From: Octopus sinensis
Lineage: Eukaryota
Assembly (NCBI RefSeq): GCF_006345805.1
Contig: NC_043000.1
Span: forward strand, 45,136,001 to 45,200,000
DNA: 64,000 bases
Direction: 5' to 3'
The position numbers and the translations under genes were made by a program. The notes beneath the pieces are model-generated. The model did not search any database, was not told the origin of the DNA, and worked only from the letters and a program-made list of their open reading frames with translations. Below are positions 51,561 through 64,000 of the stretch, in pieces (the first letter of the stretch is position 1; each line of letters opens with the position of its first letter).

Positions 51561-52292
51561 AAGTAAAGTGTCTCACATCCATTTAATCCAATTGTTAAGT
51601 AGTACAATTAAAATTTGCAAACCATCCAAAAATTCTTCATGTGAGTATCTTTGAATAAAAATATATCCAATATCACATGTTTGCACGTAGCATACAGACA
51701 CGCATACATGTAGAATCAAATGCATACTTGTATACTGAAGAGACATGCACATCCATGGCATGAGTGGGAATATCTCTATACACTCTTATTACACATGTAC
51801 ACTGTAACTCACTCACATGTTTACAATTCCTTAGAATCATCTTAACTATAACAAAACAATCTCACCACTTTATCACTTTGTACTTACTTGCATAAGAAGC
51901 TTCCTTCTTTGTAGAGTAACCAAAGTTGTCTAAAATAAAGTGCAATACAAAAAGTGGCCACAAATAAAGAATATATTTAGAATAATGGTTATAAAGAATT
52001 GTATCAGTCTACAAAGTCTCAAGAAAAATATATCCTCAAAATCTAGGTGGAGGAAAATCGATAAGTAAATGCAATAACTTAATTACATCGCAATCAACAT
52101 GATACCATTGCTCGAGACTACAAGTTAAAAACATGCTCTGTTATAATAAAGCATACTGAGCTGCCTACATGATATCTTTATGAGTACAGTAGAAAGATGA
52201 CATTTAAAGACCATTCAGGTTAACTGAAAATAAAGTGTTTAACATACACTTTCAGGTTTATCCCCCTTATTCCATTACTGTGTGTGTTACAG

Positions 52293-52342
52293 GATATGTT
52301 CTAAACAATTTAGATCAAAGTGTGGCTGAATTTGGAGAAAAA
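52293..52342 (+). CDS. Candidate 50-nt exon (GYVLNNLDQSVAEFGEK)
   Basis: Acceptor gtgttacag, donor AAA|GTAAAT. No homology recognised. Confidence 0.2.
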
Positions 52343-53025
52343 GTAAATCCATAATTTGCATACAACAGATGATCATGTTATCTGGAACAATGAAAAATAT
52401 ACAAGACCTTAAAATATAAAGGAAAAATAGTTTTATAAAGCATGGTGAGAACAACCTCCACATTTTGAAAATTAACAAATTGGAGACTGAGCAAAATAAA
52501 CTCAGTCACTCTAAGCAGTAAGAGAAAATATCTACAGTTTATTGCACAGGGTACTGCCTTCAACAACTGTGAACTGGAAATAATGATCTAAAACCATAAC
52601 AGCATTTAATCTCATTGAAGGATGAAACTAAACCAGATAATTTGTCTCTGCTGAACTAACAAAAAGGTTCTTAGTTTCAAAGTAATAATCTCCATATGCA
52701 CATGACAAAATTAATTTGAATAAACAGTCAGTAAAAAAAACAAAAGCCAAATATATTGGTACACTTAATAAATGATGTGAGCAATATTCTAGCATGTCAT
52801 ATCCTACATTATTAATCTTTTTTCTCTCTTTTTAATGTCACAACTGATTTCATTTTTATCACATCACTCTCTTTCCATTTTCTTCTAGTTTTTGTATCTT
52901 ATTTCTTATTTTTACTTAATTCCATTTGTGTTAATTATCTTCCATTTTTAATATATATTTTCAGACTTCCTTCTAATATTGTATAGAATACATTTTTTTT
53001 TCTCTTCATGACATTCTAACAAACT

Positions 53026-53097
53026 TTACTTTTTTCTATACTGGTGGTGGGGTTCCAGTTGTGATGGCGATGGAGCTTTGTACTGAATTGACTCCCT
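53026..53097 (-). CDS. Candidate terminal exon (RESIQYKAPSPSQLEPHHQYRKK* or, in another frame, GVNSVQSSIAITTGTPPPV*)
   Basis: Strong acceptor ttttctttgtcag and a GC-rich island in AT-rich context. A CAG|GTGAGT donor lies upstream at 53426. Confidence 0.28.
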   Translation of the reverse strand, partial: RESIQYKAPSPSQLEPHHQYRKK

Positions 53098-54454
53098 CTG
53101 ACAAAGAAAACCATTAATTTATTTTGTAGTTTTGTTGTTTTGACTCAATATATTTTATTTCTTAAGAAGGCCAAAACTTTAACAAAAAAAGTTACTTAAC
53201 ACATAGCAACCCTCATGCAACCAAAGGAAGTTTTGGTTGTTCACTAGTTGTCATCAGTTCATTGGAGCATTCAAACTGTCTATCACAAATCATAGGTTAC
53301 ATAAGCAGAAGTAAAAGTTATTTCTATCTCTTTCTTTGACAAATTCAGCTGGAGCAAGCTATTCTTGCCTCTTCCTTCACACAGAGTTCAGTCAAAGCAA
53401 AAATTGCTATTCCATTCTCACTCACCTGATCTTAGCATGAGACATATTTTACTTGACTGAACTACCAAATTGATGTATCTCTTCACCAAGTCACATATGT
53501 TGATTTCACTTGCTTTTATCTCAGCAATATTTTCCTTTTTACTCCACACATGTAACACTCATATAACTTTAATTCAAAAACATATATGTAACACAACTTT
53601 TACATATTCAACTTGAATCTTTTATTTTATTAATGTTGGAATTGAAAATTCTTACAATTTCTCTGAAAGAATTACGGTAGCATTCAAATCTATAAATATA
53701 AACTTTTGGAAGTGAATATTTGCTAAGTTGCTACATTTATTTATAGTACCACTTTGGCCTGAAGTGGTATAGACGTCTGTTAGTAAGTAGAAAATAAAAG
53801 AGAAACGTTTCAAGAGATATATACTAAGTAATGCTAAAGTAAACAGAACTTTTTTATGTTGTTCAAATTGCACTTGTTGGTCAAATAATTCTTCCTGTGT
53901 ACAAAGGTATTTTTCAACATAGTTGCTATTGCAAGTGATGCATTTGGACTGTCGTTAAATTTAAATCTTGAATCCTCTTTGGAAAAATTCAGGTGTGCAT
54001 TGTAGTATCCACTATTTCACAACCACTTCCATTTGTCTGTGTCATCAAAATGCTGTGTCCCAGAACTGTCCTTTATTGGATTGGATAGACAGAAGTCAGT
54101 GAACATCGTATCTGGAATGAATGGTAGATGGGATACCAATGATTAGTCCAGTTTTACAGTTGCTTGATTTGTTACCAAGATATGTGGTGTCATGCATTGT
54201 TAAGATGTGTGTGGATAATTTTGAAGTGATTGTTTGGTCTCTTCTAATAACTAACTCCTCTAAGCTTTTCCTCTGTCTTAATGTATCACTCACTATTCAT
54301 ATTACAGTGACATTCTAGAAGACATTCTAGAATAATGTTATTATCTTCTCCCCAAAAGCAGTCACCATGATTTCCTATACCTATTGCTGGCTCTTGAAAT
54401 TCTTAGACTTTAAAGAAGAGGAATGCCATTTCATGGAATGAGCCTTCACTAGAT

Positions 54455-55143
54455 GTGCAATATCAATGTGCATGTATGACAGGGCATAAATGTCTTGAGA
54501 TTAAAACTGGACCTAAGTGGCATCAGATATGATGTGCAAGAGAGATGAATGCCCTTGTATGGTCATATGATGCCTATAGACGAGGATAACTGTGTAGAGA
54601 AGAGCTGATCTCTAACCATAGAGGGAACCTATGGAAGAGGTAGACCCAAGAATACATGGAACGAGATGGAGAAGCATGATCTTCAAAGGTTGGGCCTAAT
54701 AGAGGTGATGACAAGTGACTAAGGCCTTTGGCGATATGCTGTGCTTCAGAAGACTCATCAAGCCAAGTTAAGTCATAGTTGTGGCCATTGTCAATGTCAT
54801 GTGAATTGCACCTGTGAAATCATAATTGTAGTCATTGATGGAAGCATGATCTTCGAATGTTGGACCTCAAGGAGGTGATGATAAGTCACTGAGACCATTG
54901 ATGATATGCTGTGCTTGAGAAATCATACTCATGGCCTTGGCTGGTGTCATGTAAATGGCACCTGTACCAGTGGCATGTAAAACCCACCCATTATTCTCTC
55001 GGAGTGGCTGGCATTAGGAACGGTCGTAGAAATCATGCCAAATAAGACTGGAACCTGGTGCAGTCCTCCAGATTACCAGTCTCAGGTAAACCATCTTAAC
55101 CCATGTCAGCATGGAAAACAGACGTTAAATGATGATGATGATA

Positions 55144-55182
<39 letters not shown>
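54455..55182 (+). mobile_element. Diverged RTE 3' portion with an internal duplication and (GAT)n tail
   Basis: YGHM....GRGRPKNTW; gaagcatgatcttc...gaggtgatga occurs twice; tail at 55131-55182. Confidence 0.75.
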
Positions 55183-55184
<2 letters not shown>

Positions 55185-55194
55185 ATATATATAT

Positions 55195-55510
55195 ATGGCT
55201 CAGTGGTTAGAGCATTGGGCTCACAATCATGAGGTAGTGAGTTTGGTTCCGAGACCAGGCTGTGTGTTGTGTTGTTATTTCACAATAACAACAGTTCAAT
55301 CAGCTTGAGAAATGAGTTGTGACATCATTAGTACCAAGCTGCATCGACCTTTGCATTTTCCTTGGATAACACCAGTGGCATGGAAAGGAGAGGCTGGTAT
55401 GCATGAGTGACTGCTGGTCTTCCACAAGCAAACATCCCTAGACATGTGCCTTGGAGGGTATCTTTCTTGGTGCAGTCCCATGCTCATTCATGACCAAAGG
55501 GGATCTTTTT
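55195..55510 (+). mobile_element. tRNA-derived SINE-like element, family D
   Basis: ATGGCTCAGTGGTTAGAGCA A box and degenerate B box. Confidence 0.6.
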
Positions 55511-55547
55511 GTATATATACTTATACATATATGTGTGTATATATATC

Positions 55548-55579
<32 letters not shown>

Positions 55580-57769
55580 GATACATGCACTAAAGTTGAA
55601 ATCAGTTGATACCAAGATGACTGTTCTTTTCTTCATGTTTTTTGCAAAGGTAAGGGCTATTTTTTTACTATGTTCACTACATTAACCATGCATGTTTTGT
55701 TTATAGTGAGAAATATGTGGCTTTGGAGAGTTGACTCTTCTTTCTAGGTATGTATTTTTTATACCTCTAAATGTTTATGTATATTTACCTATACTGGTTA
55801 AACCTGCTGGCCACTTTATCATTGTCATTTAAAAAAATAATGATATCTTATTTTCTAAATTTTACTTACCCACTATTGTTCATTTTCGAATGTCATGGTG
55901 GGTATTCAAATGAACAGAATGGTATAGTGTATATATTTTGAAAAGATACCTGTACGAAGTAAGCTCAACTGATGATCCTAAGTGCTTGGCAAAAAAGATG
56001 AAATCAATTGATACTGGGGGCTATTTTTTCTGATATTCACTACATTAACCATGTGTGTTTTGTATATAGGGAGAAATATGTAGCTTTGGAGAGTTGACTC
56101 TTCTTTCTAGCATAGCTGAATAGAAGTCACAAAACTGACAGATGGTGCTGATGAGCACTTTACTAAAAATAAGAGTTAAAACATCTCCTAAACCACAAAA
56201 GCACTGAGCTTAATGATTGACAAAAGAAGGTAACTCCCCAGCGTACATAATCAGATTGCAATTTTGGATTTTGATGTAGACCATCTTAATCCTCATAATG
56301 CCTAGAGTTAAACTTAATTACCTGTGTCAAAACCGTTGAAAATATGTGCTGATTGGTAAAAGTGTAAACAACATATGAAAAGGGTGGCTTATTAGCAATT
56401 AGAACCATTGCATATATTATACGAATCTCACCCACACACACTCACATACATATGTATCAGGTCGTTATTAAATTCTTGTGCAAATTTAAATATTATAACT
56501 TTTATTCTTTAAGTTTATAACTTCGTGCTTTAATTAATCTATCAAGAGTATTTAGAAACTTGGTTTCATGTATTTTACCACTGACAATCAACCACTTTAT
56601 TATATTTATTAATTTTTCAACAACTAAATAATTACTGTAATGTTTTCTAATGGGAAATATAAATGTTACTTTCCTTTTCAACTCAACATTGTACAATAGA
56701 CAACTGGTCCGTTATGATAATGAACGAGTTGCTTTAGTATTTATTATTGTTTGTTTCTGTTATTTTATATATGTTTTATTCATGGTTCTGGTGATTTTGG
56801 TGTAATAAGAGTGACAGTTACATATTACTTAATCAAATGTTATGATCAGTTTAGTGGTTAATAGGGGGATAAAAGACAAATTAACCTCAATGGGATTTGA
56901 ACTTAAAATGTAGATGTATGAAACTACATACCTTAAAACACTTTGATGCTCTATGGTTTCTGTAAATTCATCACCATCATCTGTAGAAATGTTTCTAAAT
57001 GCTTGATTATAGCTAGATACATTAATTGTCTAACAAAATTTCCTTTTATCTATTATATTAATAAATTTCTATGTAAATTTGGTATACACAAACAAGCAAA
57101 TAAAGAAATAAGAAATTGACAATATATAAACAGAAATCCTAAATGTACAGTACACAAGAAAACAAAATAGATTTTATATAAAAGTTTATGTAATTTTTTA
57201 AATCTAAATAAAGGAAATGCTCGGGATTTGAGTAAAGCTATAGAATATTTGCCACGAGGCCATATAAAATCTATTATAATTGAAGCCTAGAATGTTAAAC
57301 AACCGGTAATGCATTCTTTGTAATATTATATATACTAATGGATTTTCAAAATATGAAAACAATGAATAAACTTATTCCAACGACTCTTCAACAACAGTGA
57401 CAACAATAACAACCACTTTTAAAGAAAATAGAGTGTAACTTGAATAATTATAATAACATCATGCTTCATGAGACAGATAAATAGGTGCTAATAGTGGTGA
57501 AATTCTAAAATAATAGCAGTTGGAGAAATCAATGATAATAATGATAATGCTTTCTAAAGGTAACACAAGCTCACAGATGTTAGGGAAAGAAAAATTTGAG
57601 CTAAGTGCTTGATTGGTATTTGTCTGCATTTGAAGATTGATATGTAAATTTACAGTGGTGGAAGATTCTATTTAGATCATAAAGGGACACTACTAAATAA
57701 TCTTATATTTTTCCAACTTTGCATTGTAAAGAGTCAAATTAATTAAAATACCATCATAATTAGATTCAG

Positions 57770-57900
57770 TAAAATGGAGGCATAAATACACCCATGTCAA
57801 ATACTGTATACTACAAGACTTGACTGAAAGGACTAAATCAACTATGGTTCGAAAGCTCTGGTCTGGACTAAAGGCTGGACAGGAAATGCTTGATTTTTAA
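57770..57900 (+). CDS. Candidate terminal exon, copy 1 (KWRHKYTHVKYCILQDLTERTKSTMVRKLWSGLKAGQEMLDF*)
   Basis: Part of a ~200-bp near-identical duplication (57728-57928 / 60861-61061). Acceptor attcag; frame and stop are conserved in both copies. Confidence 0.35.
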
Positions 57901-57944
57901 TTGTACAACATCACTGCTAAACAATGCCAGAGATTATACGGAAG

Positions 57945-58110
57945 GAGACTTGTTGATTATATTGACCCCCAATTCTCAGTTGGTACTTATTTCATCAGCC
58001 CCAAAGTTGACCTCAGTAGAATTTGAACTCGCATCCTAAAGCCAAAAGAAATGCATCAAAAGCATCTTGTCTGGTATGCTAATGATCCTTCCAGCTTGTC
58101 ACCTTCATAT
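57945..58110 (-). mobile_element. Diverged SINE family B
   Basis: ttggtacttatttcatc...gttgacctcagtagaatttgaactc. Confidence 0.65.
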
Positions 58111-58157
58111 TTTCCATTGAAATAATAATTATACTATTATACTATTATACTAACTTA

Positions 58158-59330
58158 CACTGGCCAAATTCAGTTTCAGACCGACGATGACAGTTCTATT
58201 CCTTCATTAATTTATTCTTAACAAAAGCATATAAAATTATTTTACTTTTTACAGTTTATGTAGAATTTTTTCCTTTTTTGAATGATGCAGGCATTATATA
58301 TCTTTCTACAATTTGAATAAATTTAATGCGCAATCACTCTAAAGAACTTTTGAACAGTCTTTGGCCGTCCATCCAATATGGCTTTTAGAAGGCAGTGAGC
58401 TGGCAGAAATGTTAGCATGCGAGCAAAATGCTTAGTGCTATTTTGTCTGTCTTTACATTCTGAGTTCAAATTCCGCTGAGGTCGACTTTGCCTTTCATCC
58501 TTTTGTGGTCGCTAAATTAAGTACCAGTTGTGTACTGTGGTCGATCTAATCGACTGCCCCCTCCCACTAGAGTAGAAAAGGATATGGTTTTTAGTAAACT
58601 TGGTCTGGTTCTGCCAGTTTGTCTCAGAAATTATCAGCTTCTTTTGAGCGATCCAGCTGAACAGTCCAAATTCTTTTTAGGCGGTTTCTGACAGTTTGTG
58701 GGATAAAGCTGATGTCAGTTTCATCAGATAATTGCTTACAAATGTCCACGTTGTTAGCATTTCATTACTTCCAGAGAGCCTATGAATTTGCCGATCCATC
58801 TGTACTGTTGTTTTTCTCAGATCACCCATTCTTTGCTAATCTTTGCATTGGCCAGTGGCTTGGTAAAGCTTCTGTACTTGAACACAAGCCGTTTTGCTGT
58901 ATCCTAATCGATTGCTAATGTTCAAGAAGGATACATATTACTGATGAAGCACCGCTATCTTTGATCTAGTAATTAGGCTGATACTACAACGCTTTTCCAT
59001 AGCAAATTAATATGTAACACTGCTCAATTATTAAACAGAACAGTGCAGTACGACCAACCATATGACAAACCATTTGGTTTATCAATTTGCATAATTTTGG
59101 TATGATTTTAAACTTAAACTTATTTTGTCAACACTTTCTAATCATTTGAATTAATTGCACATTTAAATTATTCAAATTGTTGAAAGTTATATAATACCAA
59201 TATCATTCGAGAGAGGAACAAATTCTACATAAACTGTAAAAAGTAAAATAATTTTAGATGGTTTTATTGAAGATATATTAATGAAGGAATAGAACTGTCA
59301 TCATTGGTCTTAAACTTATTTTGGCCAGTG
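58158..59330 (-). mobile_element. Tc1-family element with ~115-bp TIRs and N-terminal transposase remnant
   Basis: TA|CACTGGCCAAA...TTGGCCAGTG|TA. Minus strand, across frameshifts: MGDLRKTTVQMDRQIHRL...PQTVRNRLKEFGL. Confidence 0.85.
58390..58575 (+). mobile_element. SINE family B nested in the Tc1 element
   Basis: aggcagtgagctggcagaaatgttagc...gagttcaaattccgctgaggtcgactttgcc. Confidence 0.85.
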
Positions 59331-59424
59331 TAGATTCAAGGCTAGGGGATTTTGTTTGTTTGGGTTTTTTTTGTGGAAAAAACAGTTGATTTAGTCATCC
59401 TCAATACTTGACAAGTACTTAAAT

Positions 59425-60052
59425 GGAGTAAAGATTATTTGCCAACCTAACATGGCAGTCCTGGTTTAGGACGAATGTTGCTGTGATTTAGCCCCAGGAG
59501 ACATCGTCTCCAGCTCGCTATATGACACAATCTGTGTCCTCATATTGAGAGATATTCAGCAACACTACTTTGGAGTAAAGATTAGTTGCCAACATAACAT
59601 GGCAGTCTTGGTTTAGGGCAAATGTTGTTGTAATCTTTACTCCAAAGTACTGTTGCTGAATATCTCTTATTGTAAGATTTACAAATAGTAATTTTCTAAT
59701 TTATAGATCAGTGGCTAGTTGTCACTTTGAAAACTATACATTTCGAATGGGATTTTGGCAGTGCCAAACCTCGCTGAACAATTATTCTGTGCTGATGAAG
59801 GGAAATAACCTGGAAAGCACGATACACAAATATTGTCTTGAGCTGAGTTGGGGTGCTAGATTCCCTCGTTTAAAAATATATGGACACACATCATGTCATA
59901 TAGCCAGCTGGAGACGATGTCTCCTGGGGCTAAATTACAGCAACATTCATCCTAAACCAGGACTGCCATGTTTTGTTGGCAAATAATCTTTACTCTAAAG
60001 TACTATTGCTGAATATCTCTCATTGTGAGATTTACAAATAGTAATTTTCTAA
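59425..60052. repeat. Composite inverted plus direct repeat (59425-59539 / 59882-59996, with extra partial copies at 59547-59699) around a hammerhead-like core; Penelope-like
   Basis: The arm ggagtaaagattatttgccaac...ggagacatcgtctccagct is present in both orientations. 59632-59699 recurs directly at 59985-60052. Confidence 0.85.
59788..59828 (+). ncRNA. Degenerate minimal type-I hammerhead-like motif
   Basis: UGUG-CUGAUGA-AGG(GAAAUAA)CCU-G-GAAA-GCACGA-UA-CACA. Stem I has 4 bp; stem III is disrupted. Confidence 0.45.
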
Positions 60053-60372
60053 AGTACTAAAATGTTTAGCTGGAAGGAAAAAGCAACGGTCATGTGTTAA
60101 ACTTAGAAGAAACAGGAGTATACAAGACATCATATAATGTGGTCCATCATTTCTGCTATACAGCTCAGTAATATAAATGAGTATAAAATAGCAGTATAAC
60201 ATGTGTATACTGGATTTTAGAATAGGTATACATATCCCTCAAGTCGTATGTAGCAACAAAAAGCAGTGACATCCAATAGAGCAGCTACCCATAAAAATAC
60301 TGTCTGAGGTAGCTCCAACAACCAATATAAATATGACAAAAATTGAATGTAAAAATCACAGTATTGACTAGT

Positions 60373-60783
60373 TTCTTTACTCTCTTTTACTTTTTTACTT
60401 GTTTCAGTCATTTGACTGCGGCCATGCTGGAGTACCGCCTTTAGTCAAGCAAATCGACCCAGGGACTTATTCTTTGTAAGCCCAGTACTTATTCTATCGG
60501 TCTCTTTTGTCGAACCGCTAAGTGACGGGGACGTAAACACACCAGCATCGGTTGTCAAGCAATGCTAGGGGGACAAACACAGACACACAAACACACACAC
60601 ACACACATATATATATACATATATACAACAGGCTTCTTTCAGTTTCTGTCTACCAAATCCACTCACAAGGCATCGGTCGGCCCGGGGCTATAGCAGAAGA
60701 CACTTGCCCAAGATGCCACGCAGTGGGACTGAACCCGGAACCATGTGGTTGGTTAGCAAGCTACTTACCACACAGCCACTCCT
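60373..60783 (-). mobile_element. SINE family A, full length, young
   Basis: Near-identical reverse complement of 10614-11027. Confidence 0.92.
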
Positions 60784-60902
60784 GCGCCTGGAGTGATGTA
60801 TTATGACTAGATGTATTATCAAATTAAATCTACAATTAGACAAATATACCAAAGCTATGCAAAGAATCAAATTAATTAAAATACCATCATAATTAGATTC
60901 AG

Positions 60903-61033
60903 TAAAATGGAGGCATAAATACACCCATGTCAAATACTGTATACTACAAGACTTGACTGAAAGGACTAAATCAACTATGGTTCGAAAGCTCTGGTCTGGA
61001 CTTAAGGCTGATCAGGAAATGCTTGATTTCTAA
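60903..61033 (+). CDS. Candidate terminal exon, copy 2 (...GLKADQEMLDF*)
   Basis: Differs from copy 1 by CTA>CTT (synonymous), GGA>GAT and TTT>TTC (synonymous). Confidence 0.35.
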
Positions 61034-61847
61034 TTGTACAACATCACTGCCAAACAATTCCCACACTACATAAGTAAAATAATAAAACAATGGCTATACG
61101 CCATCACACACACACACACACACACACACAAACGCATGTGTGTGCATATGTATGTTTTTGTGCCTGTATTAAGGTTTATCCCAAGAAACAAAAGAAAATA
61201 GAAATAAAAATAAACAGCAACTGATGTTAAAAAAGCTAAACTTAATGATTTGGCACTAGATATCAGTAAAAAAAAAAGAACCACACTCAAATATATACTG
61301 GAATCAATAACAGAAATCAGTAAAAGAATCAGCAATGTGTGTGATATTTCTAACATACAAAAATATATAGATACATAAAAGGGAGAAACAATTCAAATAT
61401 ATAGATCAGAATGTAAAGATATCCTGAATGAGGGGGTTGTTAAACAAAATCATTACCAGAGTAATAGCTGCCTTGGGAGTAATTAGAAAAGATGCAAGAA
61501 TATATATGTAAAACACCAGAACTTATATACCAAAAATTACTAGGAACTGCAGACATATGTGGAATATTCTTAGGGCAATAGAAAATCACAAAAATGAAAC
61601 AAATCTGTGCTTTATTGTGAAAGGACAGGAAAAAAAACCCTACAGAAATCAGGAAATTTAATTGTTGCCTCTAACAAATAAAATTGGCTCCAGTACATAA
61701 GCAGTACTTTTTTTTTTATTCAGCTCTGAAGGGTAAGAGAAATGGATGATTTCAGCAGGATTGGAAACTAGAACATAAGGATCTGTAACTTATACCACTA
61801 GATAGTTTATTAGCAGAGCTATATAATCAGCCAATCTAACAGTAATC

Positions 61848-61856
61848 TTAATAATG

Positions 61857-61889
<33 letters not shown>

Positions 61890-61898
61890 GTAATAGTA

Positions 61899-61956
<58 letters not shown>

Positions 61957-61969
61957 TAATAATAATAAC

Positions 61970-62016
<47 letters not shown>

Positions 62017-62028
62017 TAAAAATGATGG

Positions 62029-62060
<32 letters not shown>
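61848..62060. repeat. Compound (TAA)n-(TGA)n microsatellite, one of dozens of (TA)n, (CA)n, (GATA)n, (TACA)n, (AAT)n and (GAT)n tracts in the window
   Basis: Read directly from the sequence. Confidence 0.97.
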
Positions 62061-62769
62061 GGTTAAACTGAACAGAAAAGAAATAGACACAGCAAAATCT
62101 TAATAATGGCTGAGAAGCTCAGGACTCATTGCAGAGATTCAAATTCAAATTTTGATGATCCAAAGGGCATTCAACTGAGATTTTTAACTCAACTATAAAG
62201 CAAGCTCATACATCCATTGTTTTAATTCTATGTATATACCTACCAGGAAGGAAGGTAACTGCCACAATACTTGAAATGGATTTTGTTTAAACCTGAGAGA
62301 GAAAGTATTATACAAGCGGGCATTTTTTCAATATTAAAATTATATGGCACATTTCATAACAGCCATGTATAACAAACTGTTATGGTGTGGGAAGGGTCAA
62401 CTTTTGTTTACTTTTGACTTCAACAACCTTTGATGAAAATATTTGCATAATTTGAGGGTTCATTTTATAGATCAGCTCAAATATCACCTTTTGTGGTAAT
62501 TTGCAATAATTCAAGGAAAGATTCTAAAGTACCCCTTGCTAGATTTTTCCCTACTTCTATTCTACTTATTCAGCAATACATACAAAACAGTATGTAAAAG
62601 TGCAGAAGTATCTCACATTCCACAGAGTAAACACTACTTCTTTTCAAGTTCTTATTACTTCTGGTATCAAAAGTACATGCAAACCTTTGTTTTGATTAAT
62701 TTTCAATAAAAAAAACGTTATATTGTCTTGATGATAAATAAAACTTGTGAATGTGAGATATTTTGGTAA

Positions 62770-62806
62770 AGGTCAAAGTTCATGACCTTTTGACCTCTGG
62801 TGACCT
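62770..62806. promoter_or_regulatory. Cluster of five nuclear-receptor half-sites
   Basis: AGGTCA-a-AGTTCA-TGACCT-tt-TGACCT-ctgg-TGACCT. Confidence 0.35.
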
Positions 62807-64000
62807 TTTTACAGAATAAATTTGCTTACCATTTACATGAACTTATAGATCTTGATGAAGCAATCATTTTAAGTGGTCATTTGAAATATTTTAGCTATCA
62901 GTTGTAAAATTAGTGCTGTTTGAATTTTCCATGCCCCTAATTTTCTGCCCCCAGCTATAAAAGTGGATGCGGTCAAAACGTCTTACATCCCAGTTGTTTT
63001 GCTGGCAACATCAATTTTCTGACTTTTTAGACCCAGGGCTACATGAAAATATCCATTAAAGTAAATCACAAAGAGTGGGGTACACCATGATCCCCCACTA
63101 ACCCAAGGCCTAAATCACAAGGCTTTGGTCAAACCCAAGACTATAGTAAAAGACATTTGTCTAAGAATCTACGCAGGGGTTCTGAATATGAATATATATG
63201 GATAGTAAGTGAATTTCTCAAATACACTTGCAAAAATGTATTTTCTTTTTTCCTGATTTAAAATTTTTTGGTTCATTCTTTCAAATGCTGAAATAAAGTT
63301 GGATCAGTTAATGATCAGTTAAAATGATTTATCCCCTGTCATGTCTGTAATTGTTCAATTATTCAAACAACTATAAGAACTGCACTAAATAATTCTTGCT
63401 TTTGCTTTAATCACATCCTACTTCTCAATGAGTACCATCACTTAGATTCAAAAGCCTGTAAATAATTATTCATTTGTAATGCACCAGATTTTCTAATAAG
63501 ATTTGTACAAGATCAGTAAGCTATTTAATATGTATTGCTTGCTAACTAATCAAGACTACATCTAAATGGTTACATGACTCCTCTGACTTTACTATTTCTC
63601 ATGGTAACTAATTCCAGTTGGTTATTATCTGATAATGATATTATTTTCAGTTAAGACCATTGTATCACATTTTAAATAACTTATATGAATACTTATGTAT
63701 TGTATACTATGAACAATGAGCTGAGTAAACCCAGAAGAATCATTTCACTTTCTCTTAGTGATTTGATATGATGCATGTGCCTACTGTCCAAATTAGTGAA
63801 GCAAAATTATGACAAAAACCATTCTATGAAATTTGCTTATTGCACTGAGAGTAATATCTTTTAGTAGACTATGGCACAATTTATCTTATTTCCCTAAAGT
63901 CTAGTGAATAACACCAAAATATCATTATCTGTTCACACAATTGATTAACTATCCATCTTAGATTTTCTCACTCTAGCTCCTGCCCTGATTTCTCTGGTAA

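Noticed and set aside
56699-57305. RQLVRYDNERVAL and KAIEYLPRGHIKSII as Regnase/NYN RNase exons
   Set aside because: Motif order is reversed relative to the family, phases are incompatible, and there is an in-frame TAG.

Overview
AT-rich, microsatellite-dense eukaryotic (animal) DNA that is mostly intergenic or intronic. From my recollection of the SINE families it is most likely an octopus/cephalopod genome; this is an inference, not a database result. No intact protein-coding gene, tRNA, rRNA or CRISPR array is supportable. Nearly all listed ORFs are transposon fragments, their antisense shadows, or microsatellite artefacts. The window is a transposon graveyard: RTE, R4/Dong-like (restriction-like endonuclease) and CR1/Jockey-like LINE remnants, at least five tRNA-derived SINE families, mariner, maT (DD37D) and Tc1 remnants, piggyBac-type TTAA MITEs, and two non-autonomous Helitrons. 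The main signal is a set of type-I hammerhead ribozyme (HHR) motifs of the Penelope/retrozyme kind, belonging to five unrelated sequence families. One has a fully canonical core and sits in a perfect 155-bp inverted repeat (21.6-22.2 kb). One is duplicated across the arms of an older inverted repeat (30.8-31.2 kb), one lies between inverted arms (59.4-60.1 kb), one stands alone (42.3 kb), and one forms the 3' part of a tRNA-headed SINE (36.9-37.2 kb). Other oddities: a loop-less ~270-bp fold-back palindrome, two pairs of duplicated coding-like segments, a dense cluster of nuclear-receptor half-sites, and several low-confidence orphan exons. Coordinates were counted by hand; ends of decayed elements are approximate.
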